This document shows, piece after piece, positions 36,628-64,000 of a DNA stretch of 64,000 bases. A model generated the notes under the pieces. The model worked only from the letters and a program-made list of their open reading frames with translations. It searched no databases and was not told where the DNA came from. Both the position numbers and the translations under genes were made by a program. The stretch lies in the NCBI GenBank assembly GCA_038087875.1, contig CM075991.1, positions 11,410,001 to 11,474,000 on the forward strand, given 5' to 3'. Origin of the DNA: Malacoraja senta. Taxonomy: Eukaryota. Position 1 is the stretch's first letter, and each line of letters begins with the position of its first letter.

Positions 36628-36824
36628 CTACGTGGACAAGGAGGCCCTCTCCCCCACAAGCGTTGTACAGGCAGAGTCCTTTGCTTCAGCCAGTTTAGCA
36701 ACAGCTTCTACCTTCTGTTCATTGACACCATCTCCTTTTGATTTTGCTGATCTTTCAAAGAGCGGCAAGTTGTAATCTTCCCGATTCCGAGTTATTTCTA
36801 TGGCAAAGAATTGGATCCTGGTAG
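36628..36824 (-). CDS. PBDC1: PBDC1 last coding exon (ATRIQFFAIEITRNREDYN...ASLST*)
   Basis: Minus strand: ttcttcccag| acceptor, TAG at 36630-36628. Confidence 0.88.
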
Positions 36825-39800
36825 CTGGGAAGAAAGATGCAAACAGGAGTATGAGGCATAAGAGCAGCTCGGCAACAGGCTGTGTAGCCCAACGTGGTAT
36901 CATTACTCAGTATCTCCCTCTGTCCCTCCTCTCTCTCACGACCCCTCATCCCCCTCCGCGGAGGTGTGTGGCTGGGTGACTCCTTCCTACCGAATATGGT
37001 GTTTTCCTCCTGGTAGTCCTTTGAAGAATCCAATCGCAAAAGCGTTCCACAGTTGAAGTCTTCAACCAAGGTTTCAAACTGCATGCAGAACGGACGCCAG
37101 GCCTGAAACAAGAAAGCTGCCGGTTTTCATTTGGCTAAACACGTCCTAAAGGCGCCAGTTCAATTTCCTTCTCAACTGTGGTGCTTTGGGGAGAGGCCCC
37201 ATTGGACTGTCCAGGGGAACGTCAAAGTCGCAGCCAAGAGCAGAAAAGCACGTTCAAGCCTTTATTTCAACTCTGCCGCTACGCTGCTGGGCTATACCTC
37301 CAGCCAAACAAACGTCCACCACTCCTTACCCACTTGTCTCTCAGCACACGTTTTGGGAAGCTCCTTCCCAGCGCTGCCAGGTTCAGGATGAAGTTTTTAA
37401 GAAGTTACTGCAGATGCTGGAAAATCAAAGGTAGACAAAAGTGCTGGAGGAACTCAGCGGGTGCAGCAGCATCTATGGAGCGAAGGAAATAGGCAACGTT
37501 TCGGCCCGAAACCCTTCTGGGTTTCGGCCCGAAACGTTGTCTATTTCCTTCAGTCTGAAGAAGGGTTTCGGCCCGAAACGTTGCCTATTTCCTTCGCTCC
37601 ATAGATGCTGCTGCACCCGCTGAGTTACTCCAGCACTTTTGTCTACCTTCAGGATGAAGTTTTGATCTGTGTTCAACCAAGTGGCAATGAAGGAGTGGGT
37701 GGGACAAGCTGGTGGATCTCTGCACAATGGCCAGGATTGGCCAAACCCCAGGCACTGCACCCACCCGCTGCACCTGATACAGAGATCGAGCAAGAATCCC
37801 AGCCTTGGGATTGCAGGAAATAGGAAGAGTGTAGATGCAGAAGGAACTTACCAGTTTGGCAGACTCCGACTTCAGCTTCTCTGGATCCAGAACATCGACT
37901 CTCATCTCACTGAATTGTCTCCTGAACTCCGTGTAGATCAGGTCATCTTCTTTCGTCAGTCTGAGGTAGCGTGGGTCAACCGAAGAGATGAGCTTTGGAA
38001 GGACCAGATGCTGCTATTAATTCCATGACGGGAAGCTGTGCTCACACCTAGACTCGAGGATTGTCCACCGTTTGTTTCAAACATTATGGAAATAAACACA
38101 ATCTGATTCCGGGAGATGTTGCTACTGCAGCAAGGAATCCCATTCCCTGCTAACACCAGCGTGATCATAAGTGACCGGAGTAGAATTAGGCCATTCGGCC
38201 CATCAAGTCTACTCCGCCATTCAATCATGGATGATCTATCTCTCCTAGCCCCATTCTCCTGCCTTCTCCCCATAACCTCTTACCCCCATACTAATCAAGT
38301 ACTACACCTGGGCCCATACTAACCCGGCCCAATGCACCAAGGAACATCCACTCCGAGCAGTAAAGCTTGAACGGACAAAGACTGCAGACAGATCAAGGTG
38401 TAAAGGAATCTCAAGATACGCAGTTACAGCAAGCAACTGATGGCCTTCATTGCATGGGAGGGAGCACGAAAGTAGGTAAGTTTTGTACAATTTGTACACG
38501 GCATTGGTGAAACTAAACGGGATTGCTGCCTAGTTTAATTGTCTGATGCAGGTACTTTGGAGGTTGTTCAGGAGGTTGTTCAGGATGTTCCCTTAAGTTC
38601 CAGATGAAGCAAGAATTTCTTGCACTTCCAGTGTAATGCATTGTTTGTGCTGCTCACAATCTGGTCTGCTCTGGATAAATCTTTTGCAGAACACATTAAT
38701 TCCCACACCGACCTGGCTTTGGTCTTCCAGTGAACCCAAATAAAGTTTGAAGAACTTCCAACTGGACACACGACAAGATTCAATATTGATGTCAAATAAC
38801 CAACCTTCTCTTTCTGAATGCAGGGATCCCCACTCACCCTCACCCCTCTATGCAACTTCAACTAATTTCCTCACTTTTAGTTCTGATGACTGATCACTGA
38901 CCTGACACATTAGCTGTTTCTCTCTCTCTCTCTCCACAGTGGCTGAGCAACATGCTGAGTGTTTCCAACATTTCCTATTTGTTTTTCACTAGCTGATTCC
39001 TGGGCATGAGCAGTTTTGCTGATTGAGTGCATCTGTTTATGGTCAAAGGTGCGCTGGAGAATGAGACGATCCCTGTTAAATCACCAGATATAGAGGTAGG
39101 TTGTCAAGGTGGATGCCAAGACCACGTTCTTCCTTGTGTAGGGATCTAAAAGAGAACAGAGAGGCCCTCTGGCCTAACTTGTCCATGCGACCAAGAATCT
39201 TCATCCAAGCTAGCCCCATTTACCTGCATTTGGCCCGTATCCCTTTAAATCTTTCTATCCATGTATCTGTTTAAATGGCCTTTAAATGTTGTTAGTTGCC
39301 TCAACTACCTCCATAAACCCACCACCGCCCGCGTGAAAAAGTTGCCCCTCAGACTCCTATTAAATCTTTCCCCTCTCATCAAAAACCGTGTTCTCTAATT
39401 CTTGATTTCCCTACCCTGGGCAAAAGACCTCAGTCTGAAGAAGGGTCTCGACCCGAAACGTCACCCATTCCTTCTCTCCAGAGATGCTGCCTGTCCCACC
39501 AAGTTACTCCAGCATTTTGTGTCCACCTTTAATCAGCAGGAGCATTGGTGGGTCAGTGATAACATCACGTTGACGTTCGCGGCCAGCCAAACAGCAAATA
39601 GCTTGGAGGTAGACAAAAGTGCTGGAGAAACGGCAGCGTTTCGGCCCGAAACGTTGCCTATTTCCTTCGCTCCATAGATGCTGCTGCACCCGCTGAGTTT
39701 CTCCAGCACTTTTGTCTACCTTCGATTTTCCAGCATCTGCAGTTCCTTCTTAAGCAAATAGCTTGGAGGTGACTAAGACACAGAATCATGCCCTGATATC

Positions 39801-41516
39801 ACAATGAAGCAAAGGCCGGCAATCCTCAAATCAAAATAGTCAAAGCATCATACTTACGTTAAAATAAATCTCAGCGTGTTGATAGGCTTTAATTGCCCAC
39901 ATCATTTCAAGGCTTGCCTGCAAGACGGGAAACAAGTTCAATAAGTGAGTTCGGTATTAATGAAGAACAAAACACTGGATTCATGATCCAGTAAACCTAC
40001 GGCATGCAGTTTCTAGCAAAGGCTAAAACCCCATGCCTTCCTATTTCCTTCGCTCCATAGATGCTGCTGCACCCGCTGAGTTACTCCAGCACTTTTGTCT
40101 ACCTGTGCTTTCTATTTCCACATTTGCTGATGTGTTTTCCCAGAATTTGAACACTTCCACAGGAAGCTATTGGATAAAACTATCATAAACAACGTGGATA
40201 AAGCGGCCTTTAGTCACAGGGATCTCTCAACCCATGTGCAGTGTCATAAAAGAAACTAAACCAGGTGGGTATGAAATGTTAGGTGGGCCTCACAGTCCTG
40301 GATCTGTCAGCGAAGATGTGGGAGCGGAGGTCACCTGCAACGGACAACCTGATGCACTAAGTGACGGTTTTACACTGCAGGACATCAGGTAACTCCCATC
40401 CGAATGGAGAATAAAAAGAGTCCCTTGGAATTGAAAATAGGCTTTCAAATTAATAGATGGTATAATTTGTAATGAAGGCTGGAGCCAGGTGGGGGAAGAG
40501 GAGAGTGAAGACAGAGACAGCTGTAGGGTGCACAGCAGGACACCTAACCTCTCAGTGCTGGAATCTAATGAGGAAGGAGAGAAGATAGACACAAAATGCT
40601 GCTCAGACAGCAGCTCTGGAGAAGAGGAATAGGTGACGTTTCAGGTCGAGACCTTTCTTCTTGTGTGTATCTTCAGTTTAAACCAGCATCTGCAGTTCCT
40701 TCCTACACAAGGAAGGTGAGGGAGATGGGCAGAGGGTACCAGAATGGGGATGGTATCCAGTGGGTGATGTGTGTAGGTGGTAAGAGCATGAAATCATAGG
40801 TCCATGTTCTAGCACCCGCAAGCCAGAGTTTGGTTTAAGAACTCGCATGTGGCACCTCAGCAAATTCCCCTTAACTGCTGACAACAAATATTCTCGTTCA
40901 CAAGTCCGCGTCGACTTTCGAGGGCGGCACGGTGGCGTAGCGGTAGAGTTGCTGCCTTACAGCACCGCAGACCTGGGTTCAATCCCGACTACGGGTGCTG
41001 TCTGTACAGCGTTTGTACGTTCTCCCAGTGACCGTGTGGGTATTCTCCGAGATCTTCGGTTTCCTCCCACACTCCAAAGACGTACTGGTTTGTAGACGTA
41101 ATTGGCTTGGTATACGTGTAAATTGTCCCAAGTGTGTGTTTAGGGTAGTGTTAATGTGCGAGGATCGCTGGTCGGTGTGGATTCGGTGGGCCGAAGGGCC
41201 TGTTTCCACGTTGTATCTCTAAAACTAAGTGCACCCGACCTGATTATTTCCCACGACCACTTCCTGACTACCGATAGCCTTGTTCCCTCCACTAGGGGGT
41301 CTCTAACCGGCTGCTCCCCATTCTCCCTGCTAAACACTGGGGTTTCATTTGTGACTGGCGACTGTTCTGCAACCTGCGGGAGTGCGTAAGCAGGCTGGGC
41401 AACTCGGGGATACACAAACCTCACCGCTGCAGGAAGATTGCAATACTTACATCGTTGCCGAAGGCCTCAGCCGGCTGGGAGAGAGCTTGTGCCGCGGTCA
41501 TCAACTTACCACCACC
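36628..41516 (-). CDS. PBDC1: PBDC1 (polysaccharide biosynthesis domain containing 1 / CXorf26 ortholog), five exons; start-codon exon not found
   Basis: Spliced translation ...AQALSQPAEAFGND-ASLEMMWAIKAYQHAEIYFN-LISSVDPRYLRLTKEDDLIYTEFRRQF...DVLDPEKLKSESAK-AWRPFCMQFETLVEDFNCGTLLRLD...EENTIF-ATRIQFFAIEITRNREDYN matches recalled human PBDC1 motif by motif. Confidence 0.93.
36991..37102 (-). CDS. PBDC1: PBDC1 exon (AWRPFCMQFETLVEDFNCGTLLRLDSSKDYQEENTIF)
   Basis: Minus strand: ttgtttcag| acceptor, g|gtagga donor, 112 bp. Confidence 0.92.
37852..37992 (-). CDS. PBDC1: PBDC1 exon (LISSVDPRYLRLTKEDD...KSESAKL)
   Basis: Minus strand: ccttccaaag| acceptor, ctg|gtaagt donor, 141 bp. Confidence 0.92.
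39858..39917 (-). CDS. PBDC1: PBDC1 exon (ASLEMMWAIKAYQHAEIYFN)
   Basis: Minus strand: gtcttgcag| acceptor, aac|gtaagt donor, 60 bp. Confidence 0.9.
40922..41228 (+). mobile_element. HE1-like tRNA-derived SINE (other copies near 6224-6508, 8465-8740, 16110-16388-, 34735-35017-, 48286-48580-, 60731-61042)
   Basis: A-box ggtggcgtagcggtag, B-box ggttcaatccc, and a LINE-like tail gggccgaagggcctgtttcc...tctctaaactaa. Confidence 0.85.
41451..41516 (-). CDS. PBDC1: PBDC1 exon (GGGKLMTAAQALSQPAEAFGND)
   Basis: Minus strand: ctcctgtccag| acceptor, gat|gtaagt donor, 66 bp. Confidence 0.88.
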
Positions 41517-43344
41517 CTGGACAGGAGAGAGAAACAGGCAGTCGTTAGACTGTGTCCACGAGAGAGAAACAAGCGGTAGAAGCCTTCTCCACTATCTACC
41601 TGTGTCACCTCTTCAGGGAACAATGGACTTCCATCAAGGCCTCTCTCTACATCGATGCTCATCATTTTCCCGCCATTGACTATGAGGCCTATCAGATTTG
41701 ACTTCCCAAAAGGCTTGAAGTCTCAGTTGTTTAGATTAACTCCCATCTGCCAACGTGTTACCCAACTTTCCAACTGATCTACATCCAGCTGTATTTTTAG
41801 ACAAACGTCTTTGCTATTTATGACTGCCAAACTTTGTGACATCTGCAAACTTACTAATTATATTGTCATCCAAGTCATACATATTTATTCTAATCAATAA
41901 AAGTCACATCACTGAGCCCAGTAGTGTATCTGGACGTTAAAATCTTGGAAGACCTGTACTGCGGCCCACACACATAGAGGTAATCATAGAGCAGAAGGCA
42001 CGGCGGCATCTCGACTTTCCAAGAAATGTAAAGGTGAACACACAAACAAACATTCACAGGTGTGCTGTAGAAAGTATCCTGACTGCAACACGGCCTGGTA
42101 TGACACTTCTAACGCATAGGAACAAAAGAGGCTGCAGAGCGATCACCATCAAAAGCATCAACACCAGGCACTGCCGCAAGCAGGTGACATCTATCACCAA
42201 GGAACCCTACCATCCGGGTGGCGCCCTCTTCTCACTGCCACCAGAGGTACAGAAGCGTGGAGAACCACCCTGCCAGGTTCAGGAACAGCTACTTTCCTAC
42301 AACCATCAGGTTTTTGAACCAACGCACACAACCCTAATCCTACCTCAGCAATGGAACCTCTTGCACTAAATGGCATCGTTTTCTAATTGGATATTTTTGC
42401 AGTTTTACTTTTCGATGTCTTGTAGAATTTATGCATAATTTATGTTTCTGTGTGTTGTCCTAATCTAGGTGCCTGTGATGTTGTTACAAGCGAGATTCTC
42501 ATTGTACCTGCACTCACCTACTTGTACACGTGACAATAAACTCATTCTGACAACATCTCTTGTTACCGAAGTTTCAGTATCCTTCCACTACGACCTTCTG
42601 GCATGCACCACACACCAACTTTAGAGCCACTTCAACGACACCTTGGATCCCAGGTGTTGTAACATCCAGGCCAGTCAGCCATGCGGGACCTTGTCAAAGA
42701 CCCTAATACTGTACATACAACAACCTCCATCGCCTTCATCAACTTGGTGACCTTCTCAAAAAATCCCTCTGCGCCAAACCAGAGTTTTTAATATGCAGGA
42801 AGGATCTGCAGATGCTGGTTTACACTGAAGACAGACACAAAATGTTGGAGTAACTCAGGGGAATAGGCAGCATTTCTGGAGAGAAGGAAGGATCGTGATC
42901 CGAAATAACACCCATTCCTGTTCTCCAGAGATGCTGCCTGTCTCGCTGTGTTATTCCAGCAATTTGTGTCTTATCAGGGAGTTTTTAATCATTGACAACA
43001 ACGTGAACCAGTCCAGACAACATCCTCCACCAGACAGATACTGACCTAACCAATCTTCCATCACAGGTGGGCTGTAATTTTGACACAGCCTGGCTGACAC
43101 CCAGAGTGAGACGCTGAACTCCAACCCAAACCTCTGTTGTGCCATCAAGAGCACCACTTCCATCCTCCCACAGGTGGGACATGTTAGCTAGTGTGGGCAA
43201 GTTGGGCCGAAGGGCCTGTTTCCACACTGTATCACTGGGACTTCTAACAAGGAAAGGATAAACATTGTCCAGGGCAGATCCCCTTCATCATCGGAATAGC
43301 ATCAGGAGCGCAGAACTGTAGCTGACAGCAGCCTAGATTTAACC

Positions 43345-45338
43345 CACCCCACACACACACACAGTGGGGCGCTCCCTTACCCCCCCACACACAGTGGGGC
43401 GCTCCATCCCTCACCCCCCCCCCACACACCCACACAGAGCGGCGCTCCCTCACCCCCACCCCCCCCACCCCACACACACAGTGGGGCGCTCCCTCACCCC
43501 CACCCCACACACAGTGCGGCGCTCCCTCCCTCACCCCCACCCACACAGTGCGGCGCTCCCTCCCTCACCCCCCCCACCCACACAGTGCGGCGCTCCCTCA
43601 CCCCCACCCCCCACAGTGCGGCGCTCCCTCCTCCCCCCCCACCCCACACACACAGTGGGGCGCTCCCTCCCTCACCCCCCCCACACACACAGTGCGGCGC
43701 TCCCTCACCCCCCCCCACCCCACACACACAGTGGGGCGCTCCCTCACCCCCACCCCACACACAGTGGGGCGCTCCCTCCCTCACCCCCCCCCACACACAC
43801 AGTGCGGTGCTCCCTCCCTCCCCCCCCACCCCACACACACAGTGGGGCGCTCCCTCACCCCCACCCCACACACAGTGCGGCGCTCCCTCCCTCACCCCCA
43901 CCCACACAGTGCGGCGCTCCCTCCCTCACCCCCCCCCCCACCCACACAGTGCGGCGCTCCCTCACCCCCACCCCCCACAGTGCGGCGCTCCCTCCCTCCC
44001 CCCCCACCCCACACACACAGTGGGGCGCTCCCTCACCCCCACCCCACACACAGTGGGGCGCTCCCTCCCTCACCCCCCCACACACACAGTGCGGCGCTCC
44101 CTCACCCCCCCCCACATACACAGTGCGGCGCTCCCTCACCCCCACCCCCCACACACACACAGTGCGGCGCTCCCTCATCCCCACCCACAGTGCGGCGCTC
44201 CCTCACCCCCACCCCACACACACACAGTGCGGCGCTCCCTCCCTCACCCCCCCACACACACAGTGCAGCGCTCCCTCACCCCCCCCCACACACACACAGT
44301 GCGGCGCTCCCCCTCACCCCCCCCACACACACAGTGCAGCGCTCCCTCACCCCCCCCACCCCCCCACAGTGCGGCGCTCCCTCACCCCCACCCCCCACAG
44401 TGGCGGCGCTCCCTCACCCCCACCCCCCACAGTGGGGCGCTCCCTCACCCCACCCCCCACAGTGCGGCGCTCCCTCACCCACCCCCCACAGTGGGGCGCT
44501 CCCTCACCCACCCCCCACAGTGGGGCGCTCCCTCACCCCACCCCCCACAGTGGGCGCTCCCTCACCCCCACCCCCCACAGTGCGGCGCTCCCTCACCCAC
44601 CCCCCACAGTGCGGCGCTCCCTCCCTCACCCCCCCAGTGCGGCGCTCCCTCACCCCACCCCCCACAGTGGGGCGCTCCCTCACCCACCCCCACAGTGGGC
44701 GCTCCCTCACCCACCCCCACAGTGCGGCGCTCCTCCCCACCCCCCCCAGTGCGGCGCTCCCTCACCCACCCCCCCAGTGCGGCGCTCCCTCACCCACCCC
44801 CCCAGTGCGGCGCTCCCTCACCCACCCCCCCAGTGCGGCGCTCCCTCACCCACCCCCCAGTGCGGCGCTCCCTCACCCACCCCCCCAGTGCGGCGCTCCC
44901 TCACCCACCCCCCCAGTGCGGCGCTCCCTCACCCCACCCCCCCAGTGCGGCGCTCCCTCACCCACCCCCCCAGTGCGGCGCTCCCTCACCCACCCCCCCA
45001 GTGCGGCGCTCCCTCACCCACCCCCCAGTGCGGCGCTCCCTCACCCCACCCCCCACAGTGCGGCGCTCCCTCACCCACCCCCCAGTGCGGCGCTCCCTCA
45101 CCCCCACCCCCCACAGTGCGGCGCTCCCTCACCCACCCCCCCAGTGCGGCGCTCCCTCACCCACCCCCCACAGTGGGCGCTCCCTCACCCACCCCCCCAC
45201 AGTGGGGCGCTCCCTCACCCACCCCCCCAGTGGCGGCGCTCCCTCACCCACCCCCACAGTGGGCGCTCCCTCACCCACCCCCCCAGTGCGGCGCTCCCTC
45301 ACCACCCCCCCAGTGCGGCGCTCCCCTCACCCACCCCC
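43345..45338. repeat. C-rich minisatellite, core CAGTG(C/G)GGCGCTCCCTCACCC with variable C/CA spacers
   Basis: Dozens of tandem units of roughly 25-40 bp running into the gap. Confidence 0.97.
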
Positions 45339-45538
45339 NNNNNNNNNNNNNNNNNNNNNNNNNNNNNNNNNNNNNNNNNNNNNNNNNNNNNNNNNNNNNN
45401 NNNNNNNNNNNNNNNNNNNNNNNNNNNNNNNNNNNNNNNNNNNNNNNNNNNNNNNNNNNNNNNNNNNNNNNNNNNNNNNNNNNNNNNNNNNNNNNNNNNN
45501 NNNNNNNNNNNNNNNNNNNNNNNNNNNNNNNNNNNNNN
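45339..45538. other. Assembly gap (200 N)
   Basis: Run of n characters. Confidence 1.
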
Positions 45539-46319
45539 TGGGGGAGGACGGAGAGAGAGGGAAAGCAAAGGTTACTTGGAGGTAGCGAAATCAATGTTTA
45601 TACTGCTGGGTTGTAAGCTGGGTGTGAAGAAGGGTCTCGACCTGGAACGTCACCCATTCCTTTTCTCCGGAGATGCTGTCTGACCCGCTGAGTTACTCCA
45701 GCATTATGTGTCTATCTTCTTGGTTGTAAGCTGCCCAAGTGAAATATGATGTAGGAAGGAACTGCAGATGCTGGTTTAAACCGAAGGTAGACACAGAGTG
45801 CTGGAGTAACTCAGCAGGACTGGCAGCATCTCTGGAGAGAAGGAACGGGTGATGTTTCGGGTCGAGCCCCTTCAAAGATCTCGACCCGAAATGTCACCCA
45901 TCCCTTCTCTCCAGAGCTGCCGCCTGTCCCGCTGAGTTACTCCAGCAATTTGTGTCCATCAAGTGAAATATGAGGTGCTGTTTTTCTCCCATTTGCGTTT
46001 GCCCTCATGGGCAAGGTGGGATTGTTGGGGCTGATGGACAGCGGTGAGGTTCGATACGGAGGAACGATGCCCCTGTGATGATCTGTGTGGGGGGGGAACC
46101 TTGTCTGTGGGGTCAGTGTCTCGAAGGGTTTAAGGTGGGGGTGAGTTGGGAACTGAGTGGTGTGACTGTCCAGGGGCTCCATCTGGTGGCGAGCATGGCC
46201 AATAGACAATAGGTGCAGGAGTAGGCCATTTGGCCCTTCTAGACCAGTTGATCGTGGTGGTGTTGCTGGTAAAAGTATAAAAACTTTTTCTGTGCCAGTT
46301 GATAGCAGCTAAGGACAGC

Positions 46320-46640
46320 CCTTTCTACTGTAAGGAGAGAGGGCACATTTGTAAAACGTGTCCCATTCTTAACACGAGAAAAAGGCGATGGAAAATCTTA
46401 AAACTGCCCAGACAAAAATGAAAGAATGGTTCGATAAGAACGCTAAGAGCAGAGACTTTTTACCAGGTGACAAAGTTTTGGTATTGTCGCCAATTCCTGG
46501 GTCTAGTCTGCAGGCTCGTTATAGCGGCCCTTATCTGGTAGAAAAGAAAATGGGTGAGAGAGATTACCTAATTGACACTCCTGATCTGGAGGCGTAAAAA
46601 TCAGCTTTGCCATGTAAACATGCTCAAACGATATTGGTTC
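46320..46640 (+). mobile_element. Gypsy/Ty3 LTR-retrotransposon integrase C-terminal remnant
   Basis: AQTKMKEWFDKNAKSRDFLPGDKVLVL...LQARYSGPYLVEKK (GPY/F module), then a frameshifted HVNMLKRY. Confidence 0.8.
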
Positions 46641-47491
46641 TAGTAACCTGTTGTTTGGGCTATTTTGGTAGCATTTGTGAGCAGGAAAATGGTCTTTATG
46701 TAACTCTTCATTCTGTATTAACTTATTTAGCGGGAAGGATGGGACTGGCGTTATTGTTTTCGTGGTTTTGTTTCAGGTTTATTTTAACACTGAGGCAGGT
46801 TTAGAGTCTCTGGTCCGACGGCCCATTGAGTGGTCGGCCAGAGCACCCTTTATCTTTTGTTTGCTAGCCCATCCGACCCCCCCCCCTCTGTGTTTGTTTG
46901 ATCCAGGTTTTAGTTCTTTTTGTTAGTGAAAAATAAATAATATTTCCATTTGAACCTGGTTTTGTATTATGTTATTGGCCTTTGAGGTATTTAATTTTGG
47001 CAGCCGTACCATAATTATTTGTGGCTGATCATCCCCAATCAGTACCCCGTTACTGCCTTCTCCCCATATCCCCTGACTCTGCTATTTTTAAGAGCCCTAT
47101 CTGGCTCTCTCTTGAACGCTACCCTATGTGTAAGGAATGTGTAGGAAATAACTGCAGGTGCTGTTCTAAATCGAAGATAGACACAAAAAGCTGGAGTAAC
47201 TCAGCGGGACAGGCAGCGTCTCTGGAGAGAAGGAATGGGTGATGTTTCGGGTCGAGACCCTTCTTCAGACTGATGTGTCTGTAGTAACAATTTACACTTA
47301 CACTAAGCCAATTAACCTGCAAACTGGGACGTCTTTGGAATGTGGGAGATCTCGGAGAAAACCCACGTGGGTCATGGGGAGAACGTGCAAACTCCGTACA
47401 GACAGCAACCGTAGTCGGGATCGAACCTGGGACCCGGGGCTCTGGCGCTGTAGGGCGGTTGCTGACACGGCGTTGGTTTGTTCCCGTACAG

Positions 47492-62457
<14,966 letters not shown>

Positions 62458-62477
62458 GTAAGGAGAAGGATTATGAT

Positions 62478-62992
62478 CTCCCGGTTGCTAGACAATTAAC
62501 TTCCCCTCCCATTCCCACACCGACCTTTCTGTCCTGGGCCTCCTCCACTGTCAGAGTGAGGCCCAATGCAAATTGGAGGAACAGCACCTCATATTTCACT
62601 TGGGCAGCTTACACCCCAGCGGTATGAACATTGACTTCTCTAACTTCAAGTAACCCTTGCTTTCCCTCTCTCTCCATCCATCCCCATCCTAGTTCCCCGA
62701 CCAGTCTGATTGTCCCCTAGGTTACATTTTATCTCTGTATGCTTTGTTCTCACCTTCCCCGAGCTAACAATGACCTATTCTACATACTCATCCCCTTTGA
62801 TCCCTCGTTTCCACACCTTACCCTTCCATATCTCTGTGTCTCACTCTCTCCTGACTCTACGTCTGAAGAAGGGTCTCGATCCGAAACATCACGCATTCCT
62901 TCTATGCAGAGATGCTGCCTGAACCACTGAGTTACTCCAGCATTTTGTGTCTATCTTTGGTGTAAGCCAGCATCTGCAGTTCCTTCCTACTC
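62478..62992 (+). mobile_element. Penelope-like 3' fragment / terminal repeat
   Basis: Shares cacctcatatttc..ttgggcagcttacaccccagcggtatgaacattgacttctc and the CTGAAGAAGGGTCTCGA.CCGAAAC end with copies at about 540-1080, 5775-6032 and 16850-17150(-). Confidence 0.75.
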
Positions 62993-63011
62993 ATAAACCA
63001 AACTAAATTTA

Positions 63012-63492
63012 AGGGCCTGTCCCACTTGGCCGTCATTTGCGCCTTATTTACGCGTCATATGTAAAATAGGTCGACGAGTCGTTACACGCGACATCGCGCG
63101 CAAATCACGCGTCATCGTGCCGTTTGGTGCGCGTGACGTCATTAGGACACCCTGCGGCGCGGGCCGACACATGGATACGCACAGTGACGTAACCATATAC
63201 GTCACCGCGCGATACACGTGAGACGTCGGGACGCTAGCGTGCGTACACAATGCGTCAGCGTGTGAACCCAATGTGTCAGCGTGCGTACGCGATACGTCAC
63301 GCAGGTGGCGCGCGAGGATTTCGTGCAGCACGAAATCCTGGAACGCCGCGCGATACCGCGCGCAACTCCACATTCCTCCACGCCTCTCCGTCCCGCGCTA
63401 CCCACACGCTACCCGTGCGTCACAACGCGACCACCACATTTTTGGAGGTCACGTAAATGGCGTGTAAATGACGGCCAAGTGGGACAGGCCCT
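63012..63492. mobile_element. PIF/Harbinger-like MITE, family D (CpG-rich)
   Basis: Long perfect TIR AGGGCCTGTCCCACTTGGCCGTCATTT / AAATGACGGCCAAGTGGGACAGGCCCT. Confidence 0.85.
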
Positions 63493-64000
63493 TAACAGTC
63501 TTAAAGTCAATGTCACATGCTGTCTATTTGGGATCAGCTAACAATGTCTTATCTTATTTTAAAATAGTTCTGCTTCAAAATCTTCTCGTTGTGCTTTGAT
63601 ATTACCATCTAAAATTTTTAAATCAAATCAGTTGTAACTGTGCGAAGAGCCCCTGGGGATAATTTGTCACTGCAGATAAAATCTCCATTCATTGCGACTT
63701 TTAAAATCCCATTCACATTTTTCGCTTGACTCAAGAAAAGCCAAAATCCCTCACAGTTTGAATTATTCAATAGAATGATTCAAAACAGCTGACTTTTAAT
63801 TACAATCTCAGGACTGGAATAAGAGGGGATGATTCCCTTTACACGTGATCATTGTAGAATTCAGATCCTTAGGACGTCTTTAAATTTTAATTCATATTGA
63901 TATTTTATTAACACATTAGAAAGGAGAAAGAAAAGACAAAACTCATTTTCATTTTTTTAGTTGCCTATAAGTTAATTATTTTTTATTTTTTTTATTTTTA

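Noticed and set aside
40922..40995. tRNA-like A/B boxes
   Set aside because: This is the head of a multi-copy SINE, not a tRNA gene.
41289..41301. CTCF-like motif CCACTAGGGGGTC
   Set aside because: A single imperfect short match cannot be supported without ChIP or conservation data.
43095..43163. Possible PBDC1 first exon (minus strand MEVVLLMAQQRFGLEFSVSLW)
   Set aside because: Weak donor, no recognisable similarity to PBDC1 N-termini, and adjacent to a LINE tail.
43345..45338. Constant core plus variable spacer, resembling a CRISPR array or a CTCF-site array
   Set aside because: Spacers are only C/CA runs, and the core matches the CTCF consensus only partially.
43364..45683. Three long ORFs (666-750 aa), rich in Pro/His/Thr
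   Set aside because: They arise from a stop-free minisatellite and run through the N gap; all three frames are open and there is no domain signature.

Overview
Vertebrate genomic DNA, most likely a cartilaginous fish such as a skate; this is inferred from HE1-like SINEs, CR1/HER1-like LINEs and Penelope-derived repeats. The window holds parts of three spliced genes. (1) The last 19 coding exons of exportin-7 (XPO7, + strand, 1183-35184), with two U12-type introns (one AT-AC, one GT-AG) and two 1-bp homopolymer frameshifts that look like assembly errors. (2) PBDC1 (- strand, five exons at 36628-41516, first exon not found), convergent with XPO7 and possibly overlapping its 3' UTR. (3) Nine internal exons of the adhesion GPCR ADGRA2/GPR124 (+ strand, 47492-62457; HRM-GAIN-GPS-TM1 to TM3). 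A 2-kb C-rich minisatellite and a 200-N gap separate PBDC1 from ADGRA2, and the 5' ends of both genes are missing there. Introns are dense with SINE, LINE, Penelope, MITE and Gypsy remnants. The most notable non-coding signals are a family of Penelope-derived hammerhead-ribozyme-like motifs (including a 44-nt tandem array and fold-back copies), an array of consensus 5' splice sites, and a 738-nt AG-free pyrimidine tract in ADGRA2 introns. Gene identities rest on my recall of the human proteins, not on a database search.
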